This document shows, one piece after another, positions 1 to 13,008 of a DNA stretch of 64,000 nt. Position 1 is the stretch's first letter. Each line of letters opens with the position of its first letter. This stretch comes from Amphiscolops sp. MND2022 (taxonomy: Eukaryota). The notes under the pieces are model-generated. The model had not been told where the DNA came from, ran no database searches, and saw only the letters and a program-made list of their open reading frames with translations. The stretch covers positions 54,500,001 to 54,564,000 of the forward strand of contig OZ076409.1 of the NCBI GenBank assembly GCA_964187785.1, given 5' to 3'. The position numbers and the translations under genes are program-made.

Positions 1-33
1 GGATTTCAACCATCAAACAGGAAAATCTCAGGG

Positions 34-600
34 ATGATTGTCGAAAAAGTTCAAAGTTCAAAGTTCAAAATTGAAAATTCCCTAACGCACTCAAAAACAC
101 TGGTGATGGATAACGAAAGGTATTTCACTTTTTCTAGATGCAAAATTTCTTCAAACGCGGGATTTTCTTCATCAAATGTCAGACAATTACCTCGAGAAAC
201 CAAAAAGTACCCTACTAAAGAATTTGACTAAAAATGATTAGGTGCGCAGTTTCCAACGACAGTGTGAGTCGTGTTTGCGTGGCAGAAAAAAAAGAATCGA
301 TGAATACAGAACGCTACCAGTCTATTCTCAAGTGTCATCTCTTACACTTCATTGAAACAGTGTGGCGGTTGTGATAACCTTATTTCCCGGCCAGATTTGG
401 CATTATCTCATTTCGCAACTGATGTTTAATCTTTGTTAATTTTTGAGAACAATGATTTTGTGAAAACAACCCTCCAAACTGTCCACATCTGAGACCTATT
501 GAGCATTTTTTTGGTCTATTCTTACACAATTGGTAAACAATAACGATTTTCAAGCAACTTCAAGAGATGATTTGGTCCAAAGTATCAAAAATTGTTTCAA
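34..600 (+). pseudogene. Decayed IS630-Tc1-mariner transposase, DD37E (ITmD37E)-like
   Basis: Across stops and frameshifts it reads LVMDNERYF (cf. MDDExYF), SRPDLALSHFA (cf. FWPDLASxHY; D at 394) and NNPPNCPHLRPIEHFFG (E at 501). No TIR seen in the window. Confidence 0.75.
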
Positions 601-1274
601 AAAGATGTTGAAGTCATCGAACAGACGATGAACAAAGTACCCCAAAAAACAAACGGAAATACTCAACAGTCTTCAATTGGTTCTCAATCTCGGTACTTTA
701 TCTTTTTGTTATAATAACTCTGTTTTTTGTGTCTTGATTTGGCAATTTATCATTCTTACTTTTTTCCTAATTTTGCTGTTACTTACCATAGCATACATGT
801 TTCTCTCTGAACAAATGGATTTCTTGACCTACATTAGACTAGCGCATGTCGACATTATTTTCAGAGTTGTTCCCTCCAGTCCCACAACTGTTGCCGATGA
901 AATTGTTTTCTGAAAGACACCTACACTCTTGGGTGCAACTTCTTTCATCATTCACCCCATGAATTATTCTTTCCGTTACAGTAAAGTGTATTTTCAAATT
1001 CAAAACGGCACTATTCGGAGCCCGAATCATATGTTGAAAAAGGATATGTGTAAATCAAAAACTATTGTCGCAGGTTTTTTAGAGAAGCGGCTAAAAAGCG
1101 ATTATGGCGTCTTCGAAGGTTGTGATCATTCATTTGTGGTTTTAATGTGACCATTTTTAGAAAAAGCTTCCAACATGGTTTTCGAAAACACTTTGGGTTA
1201 TTGTTTTGTTCGTCGTCCAATCCGATTCTACAAAATAAAGTACAAAAATGCTGGAAAAGTGTCTTTACATTGTC

Positions 1275-1817
1275 AAAATAGGCCCCTCCGGGGCTCAGTA
1301 CTATTTCTGCTTTAATCTTTATTTTTTTGAAACAAAAAAATCATTAATAAAAGAATCATATCTGGATTACCAATACACTCTTGTTCAATTATTATTTAGC
1401 GCACAATTACATGTAATCACTGTACAAGTTTACACCGCCTTTAATTCTTCTCGGACCAAAAAAAAAGATAACTACTAAGCGTAGACGAAGTTTCGCATTC
1501 GCATTTGAATGCAGGCGAAGCTCTCAACGAACGAATAATTAACACTCATTCGCTTCATCTCAATAACTCGGGGCAACGAAAGCACAAATACGAACATTCG
1601 CTCGCTTCATCTCAATGACGTCAGCATACGAATGGATAATTACCACTCGCTCGTTCCATCGCACTAGAATTGAATTGTTGTCGGCAGCTTTCCCACGCTT
1701 ACAGTCACTGCCGAACAAAATATCTGAATTATTCAGTATCACGACAAAAATTGTTCTGAAAAAAAAGTAGAAAGTTTGAGGTTACAATAATATTCCTGCT
1801 AAAGCAGAAATATTAAA
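1275..1817 (-). mobile_element. Non-autonomous Helentron-type element (HINE/DINE-1-like), family A
   Basis: GC stem-loop gcccc-tcc-ggggc at 1282-1294. Subterminal IR tatttctgcttta (1302-1314) is inverted to taaagcagaaata, which lies within the palindrome aatattcctgctaaagcagaaatatt (1789-1814). A/T-run flanks, no TSD. The body recurs at ~12240, 39040, 40850 and 42960. Confidence 0.75.
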
Positions 1818-2072
1818 AATTAAATACATTTTCTCAGCTTTTCTGGTTATTTTGAGCTTTAAAATCACGTTTCTCTCATTAAGAGTATGCTACATGATTA
1901 TTCAGTTCATTTTTGAACTTAGCAACATTCGCTGAAAATCCTGAAAATTTTGCATTGAAGTGTGCAAAAACGGGAAGTTTTTGCTTTTCTGCGGATAAAA
2001 CCATCTATGTAGTGAACTGATGATTGCTCTATCAAGAGATAACTAAATGAATTACTGTTTTTTGAAAACGTC

Positions 2073-5000
2073 TTTTCATACCCTGCAAAACGTAAAAAAA
2101 TTGAACCGAAATTGCTTCAAACTGTTGATTAATTTTTTTCCAAATCCCGGAAACATCCAATTTTTCTACTGAAAAGCACGTTGGATAGCTTTTGATGTCA
2201 ACATGAGTTTCTTTGGTTATTATAGCGCCTTGAAAGGTTTCAAAAACTGCCAAAAAAGGATGTAATTTGGTGTAAATTTGGTGAAAAAAAATTGGTGTAA
2301 TTTTTGGCCTTTTTCTGCCATAACGTCAACTTTTTGGTCATGAAAGCTTATCAGATAACTATTTCCTTTGTGTTCGAAGTTTAAGAGTGTTTGAATCTCT
2401 CGAAACGTCGGGAAAAGTAACCAATTAGCTAAAGTAGTAAAAAAAGACTTTCTAGTTTGTTGGGGGCTATATTGATGCTTTTTTACGGAAAAAATTTCTC
2501 ATAAGACTTCGTAACATTTCACGTGATATCTAGTTGGTTCTTGGTTAAATTCCTGGATAATCTAGTCGGTCGGAACGTTTAAAAACTACAAACAAATTTT
2601 TGAATTTTCTTTTCTCGTGTGGAACATGGGTGGAACATAATTGAACCGAACGTTAACGTTATATTAGATGCTAGGATAGTTGTGAAGATTTGAAAGGATA
2701 AAAATCCACACATGTTAATGTTCAAATGCAAAGATCACCTGTTTGACACAATGTCGAAAACACGGAAAAATGCAGTTCATCCAAATTGAGTAGTTATCAA
2801 TTATACTCAATTATACTACTCTATATACGTTTTATCCGATAATACGGTGAGTTTGGTTCAATTTGGAAAAATAGCTGTGGGGTTCGAACCCAAAATCTGC
2901 TTTCTAAGCACGCATCCTAATGAGGGGGACGATTTCCCGAAATTCTGCATAAAATTTGGTTGAAAAAAGGATCGTTCATGGTTATATAAAAAAATTCCAC
3001 TTTGAGATTCACGCACTTTTGCTACACAAGTGTCGACTAGGAATATCAAAAGACTTTTTTGTTGAATGTATTTTCCAACAGAAAAGGAACAGCGCAAAAC
3101 TCATAACTGAAAATTTCCAGATTTTTAATTCTTTCACCAAAAAATTCCAAAACCCAAAACTTTAAAAACCCAAAAACGCATATTTCGATATCCATACAAA
3201 AATTCCAAGTCATAATTGTCGCCAACAAGCCAACAACTTTTGGTGAAGAACCGAACTGTCAATACTCTTTGAAACTGTTGTACATCAAGAACCAAAATCA
3301 TTTTAACTCATTTACTTAAATGCCGAATATTTATCAAGCGAATCGTTTTGAAGTAACTTTAATTTTCAAAAACCTCATTTTTTGTAGCATGACTTTTTTT
3401 GAGGTAAAATTTTTTGGATGTATAAAAAATTCATTTTAAATCAGGATAAAGAGTAGCGTTTCAAACGCTTTTTTAAACCCGATCGTTGGCAAAAGCTACA
3501 AAAAAGAACCAAATTACGGTCGGTTATATACTGAAATCAAACTTTCATTAGTCTCTGATTTGGATTTGCGTTTTTTCAAGATAATGAAAAACCTCAGGTT
3601 TAGCGTAGTTTTCTTTTCTACTTGAGACCACTGACAGAATTTGGAAAGAGCATTTTACTTGGTCTTTGGATTGCCGTTCGAATGTGGCTTGACAGGGCCT
3701 GCGAAGCAAGGGTTGGTAGGTTGAAATCCAGATTGAGGCAAAATACAAGCAAGCGAGGAAAAACAAGTCGGTTGCCTGCTCAAAACTCAGCATGGCCACG
3801 CTGCAAAATCACACTGCCAAAATTTTTCGCAACCTTTCTCCCTTTAGGCTCAAAAATTAAGTTTTCATGGATAAAAAATGAAAAAAACTTGTCAACAATA
3901 AAATTGTAGATTTCAAAGTGGGTTTGGAATAAGAGAGATAAATGAATTCGCTTCGCGCTTTTTTGGATGAGTTTGGATGATTTATTATTTTCTATAGCTA
4001 CGCGACTTAATAGGTTGCACCTTGGACAAGACGCCTGCTACGCACCGGGATATTTTCCGCCTTCAATTGGCTAAAAATAGACAATTGAAAATGTACCTCC
4101 ATGGTAAAACGCAATTTACTTCGGATATAAGGTAAAAACTCGGATTCAACGCAATTGTTTCGAACCTCCGCTTCCTCCGTAGTAAAACAGTCAACTTCGG
4201 TTATAATGGCAGAAGTCCGGAAATAGCGTGCTGGGACGAATGGGAGCGCAATATTAAATACAAGTGCAAGCGCAATGTTTATCACACAGTACCGGGTAAA
4301 GACACCCGACGAGTTAAGTAAGCGGATCACAAAGGTCAGCTGCGCTTCAGTGGTCTTTACAAGAAGAAAACTCAAAACGTGTCTACCCTCCCTGAAGGCA
4401 ACGATTTCTAACGACCTCAGAAATCCTGTTGTTTACCAAATCGATTGTACAGCATGTGGATCCTGTTATTTTCATACCCTGCAAAACGTAAAAAAATTGA
4501 ACCGAAATTGCTTCAAACTGTTGATTAATTTTTTTCCAAATCCCGGAAACATCCAATTTTTCTACTGAAAAGCACGTTGGATAGCTTTTGATGTCAACAT
4601 GAGTTTCTTTGGTTATTATAGCGCCTTGAAAGGTTTCAAAAACTGCCAAAAAAGGATGTAATTTGGTGTAAATTTGGTGAAAAAAAATTGGTGTAATTTT
4701 TGGCCTTTTTCTGCCATAACGTCAACTTTTTGGTCATGAAAGCTTATCAGATAACTATTTCCTTTGTGTTCGAAGTTTAAGAGTGTTTGAATCTCTCGAA
4801 ACGTCGGGAAAAGTAACCAATTAGCTAAAGTAGTAAAAAAAGACTTTCTAGTTTGTTGGGGGCTATATTGATGCTTTTTTACGGAAAAAATTTCTCATAA
4901 GACTTCGTAACATTTCACGTGATATCTAGTTGGTTCTTGGTTAAATTCCTGGATAATCTAGTCGGTCGGAACGTTTAAAAACTACAAACAAATTTTTGAA

Positions 5001-6864
5001 TTTTCTTTTCTCGTGTGGAACATGGGTGGAACATAATTGAACCGAACGTTAACGTTATATTAGATGCTAGGATAGTTGTGAAGATTTGAAAGGATAAAAA
5101 TCCACACATGTTAATGTTCAAATGCAAAGATCACCTGTTTGACACAATGTCGAAAACACGGAAAAATGCAGTTCATCCAAATTGAGTAGTTATCAATTAT
5201 ACTCAATTATACTACTCTATATACGTTTTATCCGATAATACGGTGAGTTTGGTTCAATTTGGAAAAATAGCTGTGGGGTTCGAACCCAAAATCTGCTTTC
5301 TAAGCACGCATCCTAATGAGGGGGACGATTTCCCGAAATTCTGCATAAAATTTGGTTGAAAAAAGGATCGTTCATGGTTATATAAAAAAATTCCACTTTG
5401 AGATTCACGCACTTTTGCTACACAAGTGTCGACTAGGAATATCAAAAGACTTTTTTGTTGAATGTATTTTCCAACAGAAAAGGAACAGCGCAAAACTCAT
5501 AACTGAAAATTTCCAGATTTTTAATTCTTTCACCAAAAAATTCCAAAACCCAAAACTTTAAAAACCCAAAAACGCATATTTCGATATCCATACAAAAATT
5601 CCAAGTCATAATTGTCGCCAACAAGCCAACAACTTTTGGTGAAGAACCGAACTGTCAATACTCTTTGAAACTGTTGTACATCAAGAACCAAAATCATTTT
5701 AACTCATTTACTTAAATGCCGAATATTTATCAAGCGAATCGTTTTGAAGTAACTTTAATTTTCAAAAACCTCATTTTTTGTAGCATGACTTTTTTTGAGG
5801 TAAAATTTTTTGGATGTATAAAAAATTCATTTTAAATCAGGATAAAGAGTAGCGTTTCAAACGCTTTTTTAAACCCGATCGTTGGCAAAAGCTACAAAAA
5901 AGAACCAAATTACGGTCGGTTATATACTGAAATCAAACTTTCATTAGTCTCTGATTTGGATTTGCGTTTTTTCAAGATAATGAAAAACCTCAGGTTTAGC
6001 GTAGTTTTCTTTTCTACTTGAGACCACTGACAGAATTTGGAAAGAGCATTTTACTTGGTCTTTGGATTGCCGTTCGAATGTGGCTTGACAGGGCCTGCGA
6101 AGCAAGGGTTGGTAGGTTGAAATCCAGATTGAGGCAAAATACAAGCAAGCGAGGAAAAACAAGTCGGTTGCCTGCTCAAAACTCAGCATGGCCACGCTGC
6201 AAAATCACACTGCCAAAATTTTTCGCAACCTTTCTCCCTTTAGGCTCAAAAATTAAGTTTTCATGGATAAAAAATGAAAAAAACTTGTCAACAATAAAAT
6301 TGTAGATTTCAAAGTGGGTTTGGAATAAGAGAGATAAATGAATTCGCTTCGCGCTTTTTTGGATGAGTTTGGATGATTTATTATTTTCTATAGCTACGCG
6401 ACTTAATAGGTTGCACCTTGGACAAGACGCCTGCTACGCACCGGGATATTTTCCGCCTTCAATTGGCTAAAAATAGACAATTGAAAATGTACCTCCATGG
6501 TAAAACGCAATTTACTTCGGATATAAGGTAAAAACTCGGATTCAACGCAATTGTTTCGAACCTCCGCTTCCTCCGTAGTAAAACAGTCAACTTCGGTTAT
6601 AATGGCAGAAGTCCGGAAATAGCGTGCTGGGACGAATGGGAGCGCAATATTAAATACAAGTGCAAGCGCAATGTTTATCACACAGTACCGGGTAAAGACA
6701 CCCGACGAGTTAAGTAAGCGGATCACAAAGGTCAGCTGCGCTTCAGTGGTCTTTACAAGAAGAAAACTCAAAACGTGTCTACCCTCCCTGAAGGCAACGA
6801 TTTCTAACGACCTCAGAAATCCTGTTGTTTACCAAATCGATTGTACAGCATGTGGATCCTGTTA
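2073..6864. repeat. Direct tandem duplication of a 2396-bp unit (2073-4468 / 4469-6864)
   Basis: Identical ORF sets are offset by 2396 (2858/5254, 3622/6018, 4007/6403). Junction tcctgtta|ttttcatacc with 1-bp microhomology. Confidence 0.95.
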
Positions 6865-6962
6865 TGTCGGACAAACTATTCGACACTTACGAACATTATG
6901 TCGGACAAACTATTCGACACTTACGAACGTTATGTCGGACAAACTATTCGACACTTACGAAC
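6861..6962. repeat. 34-bp tandem triplication inside the PLE endonuclease
   Basis: (g/a)ttatgtcggacaaactattcgacacttacgaac at 6861, 6895 and 6929. Confidence 0.95.
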
Positions 6963-7323
6963 ACGACACTCTGAACACCTGAGAGATAGTGCACCTATGG
7001 GGAGCCACCTGGTTAGCTGTTCGGGTACCGATAAATGGGAGTTCAAGGTGCTGGACAGCAGCATATTTGGAGCATAACCAAACTATCTCACATTAGAAGC
7101 GTTACACACTGATAAAGTGAAACCGTCGCTAAACACGCGGGACGAGTACCGCAGCCGCGCTCTCAATATACGCCTCTGATGCGGGTTTTTTTTCCTGATT
7201 GTTGTCAATCATGTTATTGACCTTCACCATCTATTTTTAGACGATCTATGTTCTTTAAAATTAATTAATTAAAAGCATGTTGCTGTTTTGTACATGTATG
7301 ATTCAAAAATTGTTCTTTTCCAG

Positions 7324-7364
7324 ATTTGCTGATGATGGACGGATTGTCCGAAATATATTCAAAT
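7324..7364 (+). ncRNA. Minimal type I hammerhead ribozyme
   Basis: Stem I atttg/caaat; core CUGAUGA plus an extra U; stem II ggac-ggatt-gtcc; GAAA; palindromic stem III ATATAT; NUH = AUU with predicted cleavage after 7359. Position matches PLE pLTR hammerheads. Confidence 0.85.
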
Positions 7365-8296
7365 AAACAATAACATTGATCTTGTTTTTTCCTATAATAA
7401 ATACAAGTAACTGAAATAGTCAATTGACTATTTCAGTTATTTGTATTTAGTAACTTGACTAATTTAGTTACTTAAGTAACTAAAATAGTCAAGTAACTAA
7501 AATAGTCAAGTGGATTGGATGGAGTTTTGGCAGAATTTGGAAACAAAACGCAACACAGATTATGATTTTCCTTCCATTATATGTGGGCGGAAAATAATTA
7601 TCTACACGCCTTTCCAACTGCTCAGATCGATTTACCTCTAGCCTGTCTTTTATGATGTCAGTCTACACCCTGATTAGAAAGGAAAATTGCAATGACTGAA
7701 GAAACGCATTCCATCCAAGTCTACTTATACGGAATTTTCAAGCTCCTCGGATAAAAAGATCTCTCAAGAAAGGTGACATTTCTCTGAAATAGAACTGACT
7801 TCTTCAATGTCAAAATAAAACTTAGCAGAAACATTTAAGCAATTCAATCATGTGTTTCTAATAAATGTATCTATCAATCAATGATATTTTCTAATAACAC
7901 ACATCTTAGGGTAAAAGAAACATTATATGTAGATTTATAAAGATATTTTGAGTATATTTAATCTAGCACCATCACCAAGCGCAGTTGATGGCTAGCTAAG
8001 AATTTGATCAGTTTTTAAACTCTTCTATGATAACTTTGTATAAGTAAATTGCGAAAAATTAACTACCAGTAACCACGTAAAAGTTTTTAGTATTCCAAAG
8101 CACAAAAATAATATAGTTTGAGTGTCTACTGAGTAACTGCAGCTGTCACTTGACGTTGCATCTACGGTAATTTGTCTCTCCCATTAAGGAACTCGATTAA
8201 TACAACCAGTAAAAACTCAACCGAGCTCCTCCGAAATTGTGGTCACTAAGGGACGATCCAGTGATCTTGGTTTTCTGTCATAAGGACAACAGAAAA

Positions 8297-8334
8297 TTAG
8301 AAAGGACATCCGTTAGCCCAATGGCCACGTCTTC
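8297..8334 (-). CDS. RNF8: RNF8-like, last coding exon (G|RRGHWANGCPF*), completes the CCHC zinc knuckle
   Basis: Acceptor ttttctaatgtgtttcAG. Phase 1 matches the preceding exon ending TGT G|GTTAGT, giving CFKCGRRGHWANGC. Confidence 0.8.
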
Positions 8335-8354
8335 CTGAAACACATTAGAAAATT

Positions 8355-8892
8355 AACAAGCCGGGACCGGCCCAAGTCGGCGCCATATCCAAGGCTCAAA
8401 AATAGCAAAAAGACTTCCAAGTGTCAAGTATTCTCTTTTACAGTACTCGAAAATCGAAAATTTTTCGAAAAAATTACATACTCAAAAAAATGGACCGAGT
8501 GGCGCGCCGGAGCCCGCTAGCGCGAGCCCCTGGCGCGCTAAAGTCTCACAATCCCGAAAAACTGAAAGGGGGGACCCTTTGGGGTTTTTCAACATCCATT
8601 CTGTCGCAAAACATCAAGAAATTGAAAGGGGGAAAATTTTTATTTTCGAAAAAAAAATCTCGCAGTGCCGAAAAAAATGAAAGGGGGGAGCCTTTGGTCT
8701 CGCCCGGTATGGTATGTTACGCAGGAAAACAGGAAAAACCTTTTTGGTTCAGTTCGCTAGACCAAATAGTGCAATTTGGTGCAATAATATTTTGTAGAAC
8801 TTTTGTAGAACTATTTTGGTCAGTTCGTGTGGATAGAAAAAAAAGAGTCACTATAATAGTCGCGTTTCACTTCATGAAGCGCCGACTAAAAA
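8355..8892 (-). mobile_element. HINE-type element, family B (full-length copy)
   Basis: Plus-strand left end aacaag-gccgggaccggc hairpin-agtcggcgc. Right end tagtcgcgtttcacttcatgaagcgccgacta is a hairpin containing the inverted gcgccgact. A-run flanks, no TSD. Confidence 0.75.
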
Positions 8893-9348
8893 CAAAGTTG
8901 GTAGCAAAATATGGTAACAAGCCGGGAACGGCCCAAATCGGCGCCCCGCTCAAGGTTTAAAAAAGTGATGTTTACAGTGGCAAGAAAAATATCCCAAGGG
9001 ATACGCACAAGATCGGAAAACAACTTTTTCCCCGACTGGAGACAACAAAACCAATTTTCCTCCACAGAAAACTTCTCAAAAAACGGAAAATTTCAATCAT
9101 GAAGGTCTCCCATAATGCCGAAAACACTAGGTAGTCCTTTTTTTGTTTCTAGTAAAAATCGAGGGGGCTTCGGTAAAAACAAATTAGAAAAAAGTCGCAT
9201 GGAAAAACGCCGGTCTTAGAAAAAACAAAATTCTGATGTAGCGTCATTTGAAGACAAAAATAATCATTTTGAAAAATTTTACAAGGCCCAAAATTGTAAG
9301 AGGGGGCCCTTTGGGCTTTTCAACAATCCATATTATTTAGAAATATCA

Positions 9349-9950
9349 AACCAGAGCCGCATATGCGGTAAAGGAGTCGGCTTAGGTCTTTTTCCTTCTG
9401 ACTCGCTCGAATCACAATCATACGAATTTATTGAAATTGTACACATAGGACCATATTATGGTGTAGAAAATGACTAAAAAATTTCGTTCGAATCGTATGG
9501 AGTTTTTGCGAAAATCGAAAAAAGTCGAAAAATGGCTGTTTTTTGGCCACTTTTGGGTTAATTTTCGCTATGTTTCTCACATCCCAGCCATACGAATTTG
9601 ATAAAATTGCACACAAAAGACCACAATATGGTGTAGAAAGACTGTAGAAAATTTCGTTCGAATCATATGGACAGTTTTTGAGAAAATCGAAAAAAGTCGA
9701 AAAAGGGCTGTTTTTGGGCTAATTTTGGCCATTTTTGGGCTAATTTTGGCTGTTTCTCACATTCCAGTCATACAAATTTGATGCCTTTGCGCATGCAGGG
9801 GCCCCTTTGGGTGTAGAATGACTGTGCAAAATTTTATGAAAATCGTAGGGACAGTTTCTGAGAAATTTGAAATTTTCATGAAAGGTCGGGAGAAAAATAA
9901 CAAAAAAACAAGATTGCAAAAGTAGTCGAAATTTTTTTCCGACTCCTAAA
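9349..9950 (-). mobile_element. HINE-type element, family C, inserted in a family-B-related copy (~8916-10180)
   Basis: Hairpin ccgcatatgcgg plus aggagtcgg at the left, inverted ccgactcct at ~9939-9947. About three internal ~170-180-bp repeats (catac(g/a)aattt at ~9419, 9589, 9769). The host rejoins as aaatatcaaa|aaatgaaag. Confidence 0.65.
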
Positions 9951-10182
9951 AAATGAAAGTGGGCCCTTTGGATACATTGAAAAGTCTCGAAAAAAGTCTC
10001 AAAGCCGAAATAACGAGCATTAAAAAATTTCGGTCAAGTGCGGGACTCGAACCCACCTTCTTCTCAGACCTCAAAAAACCCTGATTAACCTCTGTGCAAA
10101 GTGGCAGTAGAAGTTACAAGATACTAAGCAATAACTTATAAAACTTATGAAATCTGTCAGTTCGTCGGTCTTAAAGATTTTT

Positions 10183-10516
10183 AACAAGCCGGGAACGGCC
10201 CAAGTCGGCGCCATATCTAAGGCTCAAAAATAGCGAAAGGACTTCAAAGTGTCAAGTATTCTCTTCTACAGTACCCGCATAAGGAAAAAATTGAAAAAAA
10301 TCGATTGTTTTGGTCCCTGGGAAGTCGCATAGTGCCGAAAAATGTAAAGGCCTAATTAACCTCTATCTCAAGTGCCAGTAGAAGTAGTGTGGCATTTAGT
10401 GTTAGTTCAAGTCAGCTTATAAAGCTTATAAAATCTGTCACTTCGTTGGTCTTAAAAAAAGTCACTACTACTACCACTATAGTCTGCGTTTTTCTACGAA
10501 AAGCGCCGACTAAAAA
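10183..10516 (-). mobile_element. HINE family B, internally deleted copy
   Basis: aacaagccgggaacggcccaagtcggcgcc ... gcgccgactaaaaa. Confidence 0.7.
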
Positions 10517-12236
10517 TCACTACTATAGTCTGCTTTCTACAAAGCACCAACTAAAACGACGACAGCCAAGAAGCAATCCAAGTAGTTACAAAACACTAGT
10601 TTTAGTTGAAAACGATTGAAGTAATTAAAAGGTTACAGGTTCGAATCTCGATGAAGCTGGAGATTGTCGTCTTCTTGAAATACTTCAACGGTTACATGAA
10701 ATAGAAGTCGGCAGTTTTTTGGAAAGGTCACATTATCAAGTACGTTGACGCCTTACATCAGGAAGCAAATGGGTCCCTATTCATTTTTTAGCAATGTGAT
10801 TTGATGGATTTTTTTACCTTTGCTGGTAAGAAAAAACCGGAATCCAATCAAAATGGCCACCATGGAACAGGACGTGTAATAGAACGAATTAATTGCGAAC
10901 AAACAGAAGTTCCGTGCGAGTAGCAGCTTTCAATGAGAGAAAAGGAAAATACTAAAAATTTCCTGGTTTCACCATATTGGATGGGTGTACCGAAAATTTT
11001 TCAATAATGGAATTATTTATAGTATCACTTAGGAAGAAGGATTCACACGCAGTGTAGGTTTCCAATTGATTTTATTAGAAGCAGTTTCCAAACCCTCAAA
11101 AATAGCCTCGCTTAGAGCTGAAAGTAAAAACCGAAGAAATTGAAATTGAACAAATTCGGACACGCTGTCTGCTGCTTTTCCGTTTAGTGAAAAATACGCC
11201 AAAATGCAATTTGATTCCTCGTTCTAACGACCGGTCCAATCAGTGAGCATATTCTTAAATACAGTCTCGAACTACCGTGGTATGAGTATGATCCGCACAG
11301 AAAATCGAATCCGCACTCCTGTTTTATTACGTTAGGCAATAGTGGACGAGATTACTAAGACTTGACGAAACAATTCAACAGAAAGTATGGCACGTTCAGG
11401 TACTTATTCAAAATTGAGAATTTTTTGCAAGATGAAATCAAATAGATGACAGTTACTTTTTTCGAGCTAATTCCCATTTCGATCCATAAATAACGATTCT
11501 TTTACTGATAGACAAATGCATCAAAAATAAGTATGCCTAATTGTTGTAAGGAAGGTTAAAATTCAAAAGAAACAGTGCCGAATACAAATATCGGTCCCTC
11601 GGGGCTTAATAATATTTCTGCAACTGCAAAAACGTTCAGCTAAAATTTTGGAAAAAAAACATTCACTATTTCCACAAAACTTACGAACTAAATTCTTACT
11701 TCAAAAAACTCAGTCCGTCGCCCTCGTATGATAAACTTAGACGAATTCATTTTCAAGGAGATTCACGAAATCTTCCATAAACCAGTTTCTATTTTATTCC
11801 AGCTTACACAAAAATACAGTGGTGTGAAGAAAGAATGCAGCTTAGTTGCTCAGAATGCAAAGAATTCTCTAATCTGATTGGTTCACAAAGCCTCGTTGCT
11901 CAAATCTCATTGGTTTAACGAGCCTCGATCGCTCGCAAAAATCAGTATTTTTAATATTTTACCGTCTTTCGGGGATAATTTTTACATGAAAATTATAACA
12001 AAAAAATTCTCTGATTTTTCTCGATCCCATGAAGTTTTTGTTTGTGGAAATCACCAAGAAAACAAAAATGAGAGCACTTTTTTGTTCAGTAAAATTGGAA
12101 ATACATGTAAAAAGATAGGAATTTCAGACTTACACTTGGTAAAACTCCCACCAATATACATTTCCAAATATATCCAAAATCAATTTTCATCTTCGTTTTC
12201 GAGAGATTTGAGTGTATCTTCATGGCAAAATTTATC

Positions 12237-13008
12237 AAAAATAGGACCATCCGGGGCACATAATTATTTCTGCTTTAATCTTTCATTAATAATAGAATTA
12301 TATCTGGACTACCAATACACTCCTGTTCAATCATAATTTAGCGCACATTGTACAAGTTTACGGTGAATTCCCAAATAACATGAGAGAAAATAACAAAAAC
12401 AAAATTAGTTTCAAATAACATAAAATAAAATTGTTTACGAGAAAGTTTTACTGGTCAAAATCATTCACAATTCAAAAGATTCACTGAAAAAAGTATGAAA
12501 ATTACAAATAAAATTTCGAGAGTTCGATTGTTTAACCGGGTATTCGGTTTTATTTTTATGTTATTTGGAACTAATTTCATTTTTATGTTATTCGAAACTA
12601 ATTTTGTTTTTATGATATTTGCTCTTATGTTATTTGGTAGGTAATCCAAGTTTACACCGCCTTTAATTCTTCTCGGACTAAAGAAAATATAACTACTAAG
12701 CGTAGACGAATTTCGCATTCGCATTTGAATGCAGGCGAAGTTCTCAACGAACGAATAATTAACGCATAATTGAGAACATTCGCTCGCTTCATCTCAATGA
12801 CGTCAGCGTACGAATGCATTATTACCACTCGCTTGTTCCATCGCACGAGAATTGAAATGTCGGCAGCTTGAGAAATTTAATTCTCACGCTTATAGTCACT
12901 GCCGAACAAATATCGGAATTATTCAGTATCGTGCGAAGAATTGTACTGAAAAAAAAGTAGACATCTTGGGATTTCAATAATATTCCTTCTATCGCAGAAA
13001 TAATAAAA
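12237..13008 (-). mobile_element. HINE family A, diverged copy
   Basis: aaaataggaccatccggggc..tatttctgcttta at the left, aatattccttctatcgcagaaata at the right; body homologous to 1275-1817. Confidence 0.7.
12362..12646. mobile_element. Foldback MITE with 9-bp TSD (Mutator-type)
   Basis: caagtttac is duplicated at 12353-12361 and 12647-12655; other family A copies have one copy. Long imperfect TIRs (ccaaataacat...aaaattagtttc). Confidence 0.85.

Larger units (their letters stand above)
6620..7380 (+). mobile_element. 5'-truncated Penelope-like retroelement (GIY-YIG endonuclease C-terminus + 3' UTR/pLTR); truncated duplicate at ~4224-4469
   Basis: VVYQIDCTACGSCYVGQTIRHLRTRHSEH...LTLEALHTDKVKPSLNTRDEYRSRALNIRL* (stop 7177-7179), frameshifted. 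Followed by a hammerhead motif and AATAAA at 7362-7367. Confidence 0.9.

Noticed and set aside
677..1150. Hydrophobic ORFs as a membrane protein
   Set aside because: T-rich composition, in-frame stop and no recognisable motif.
8421..8960. 179-aa ORF and similar ORFs at 17532, 20862, 25659 and 30361 as a protein family
   Set aside because: They are translations of HINE family B; frames change between copies through homopolymer indels.
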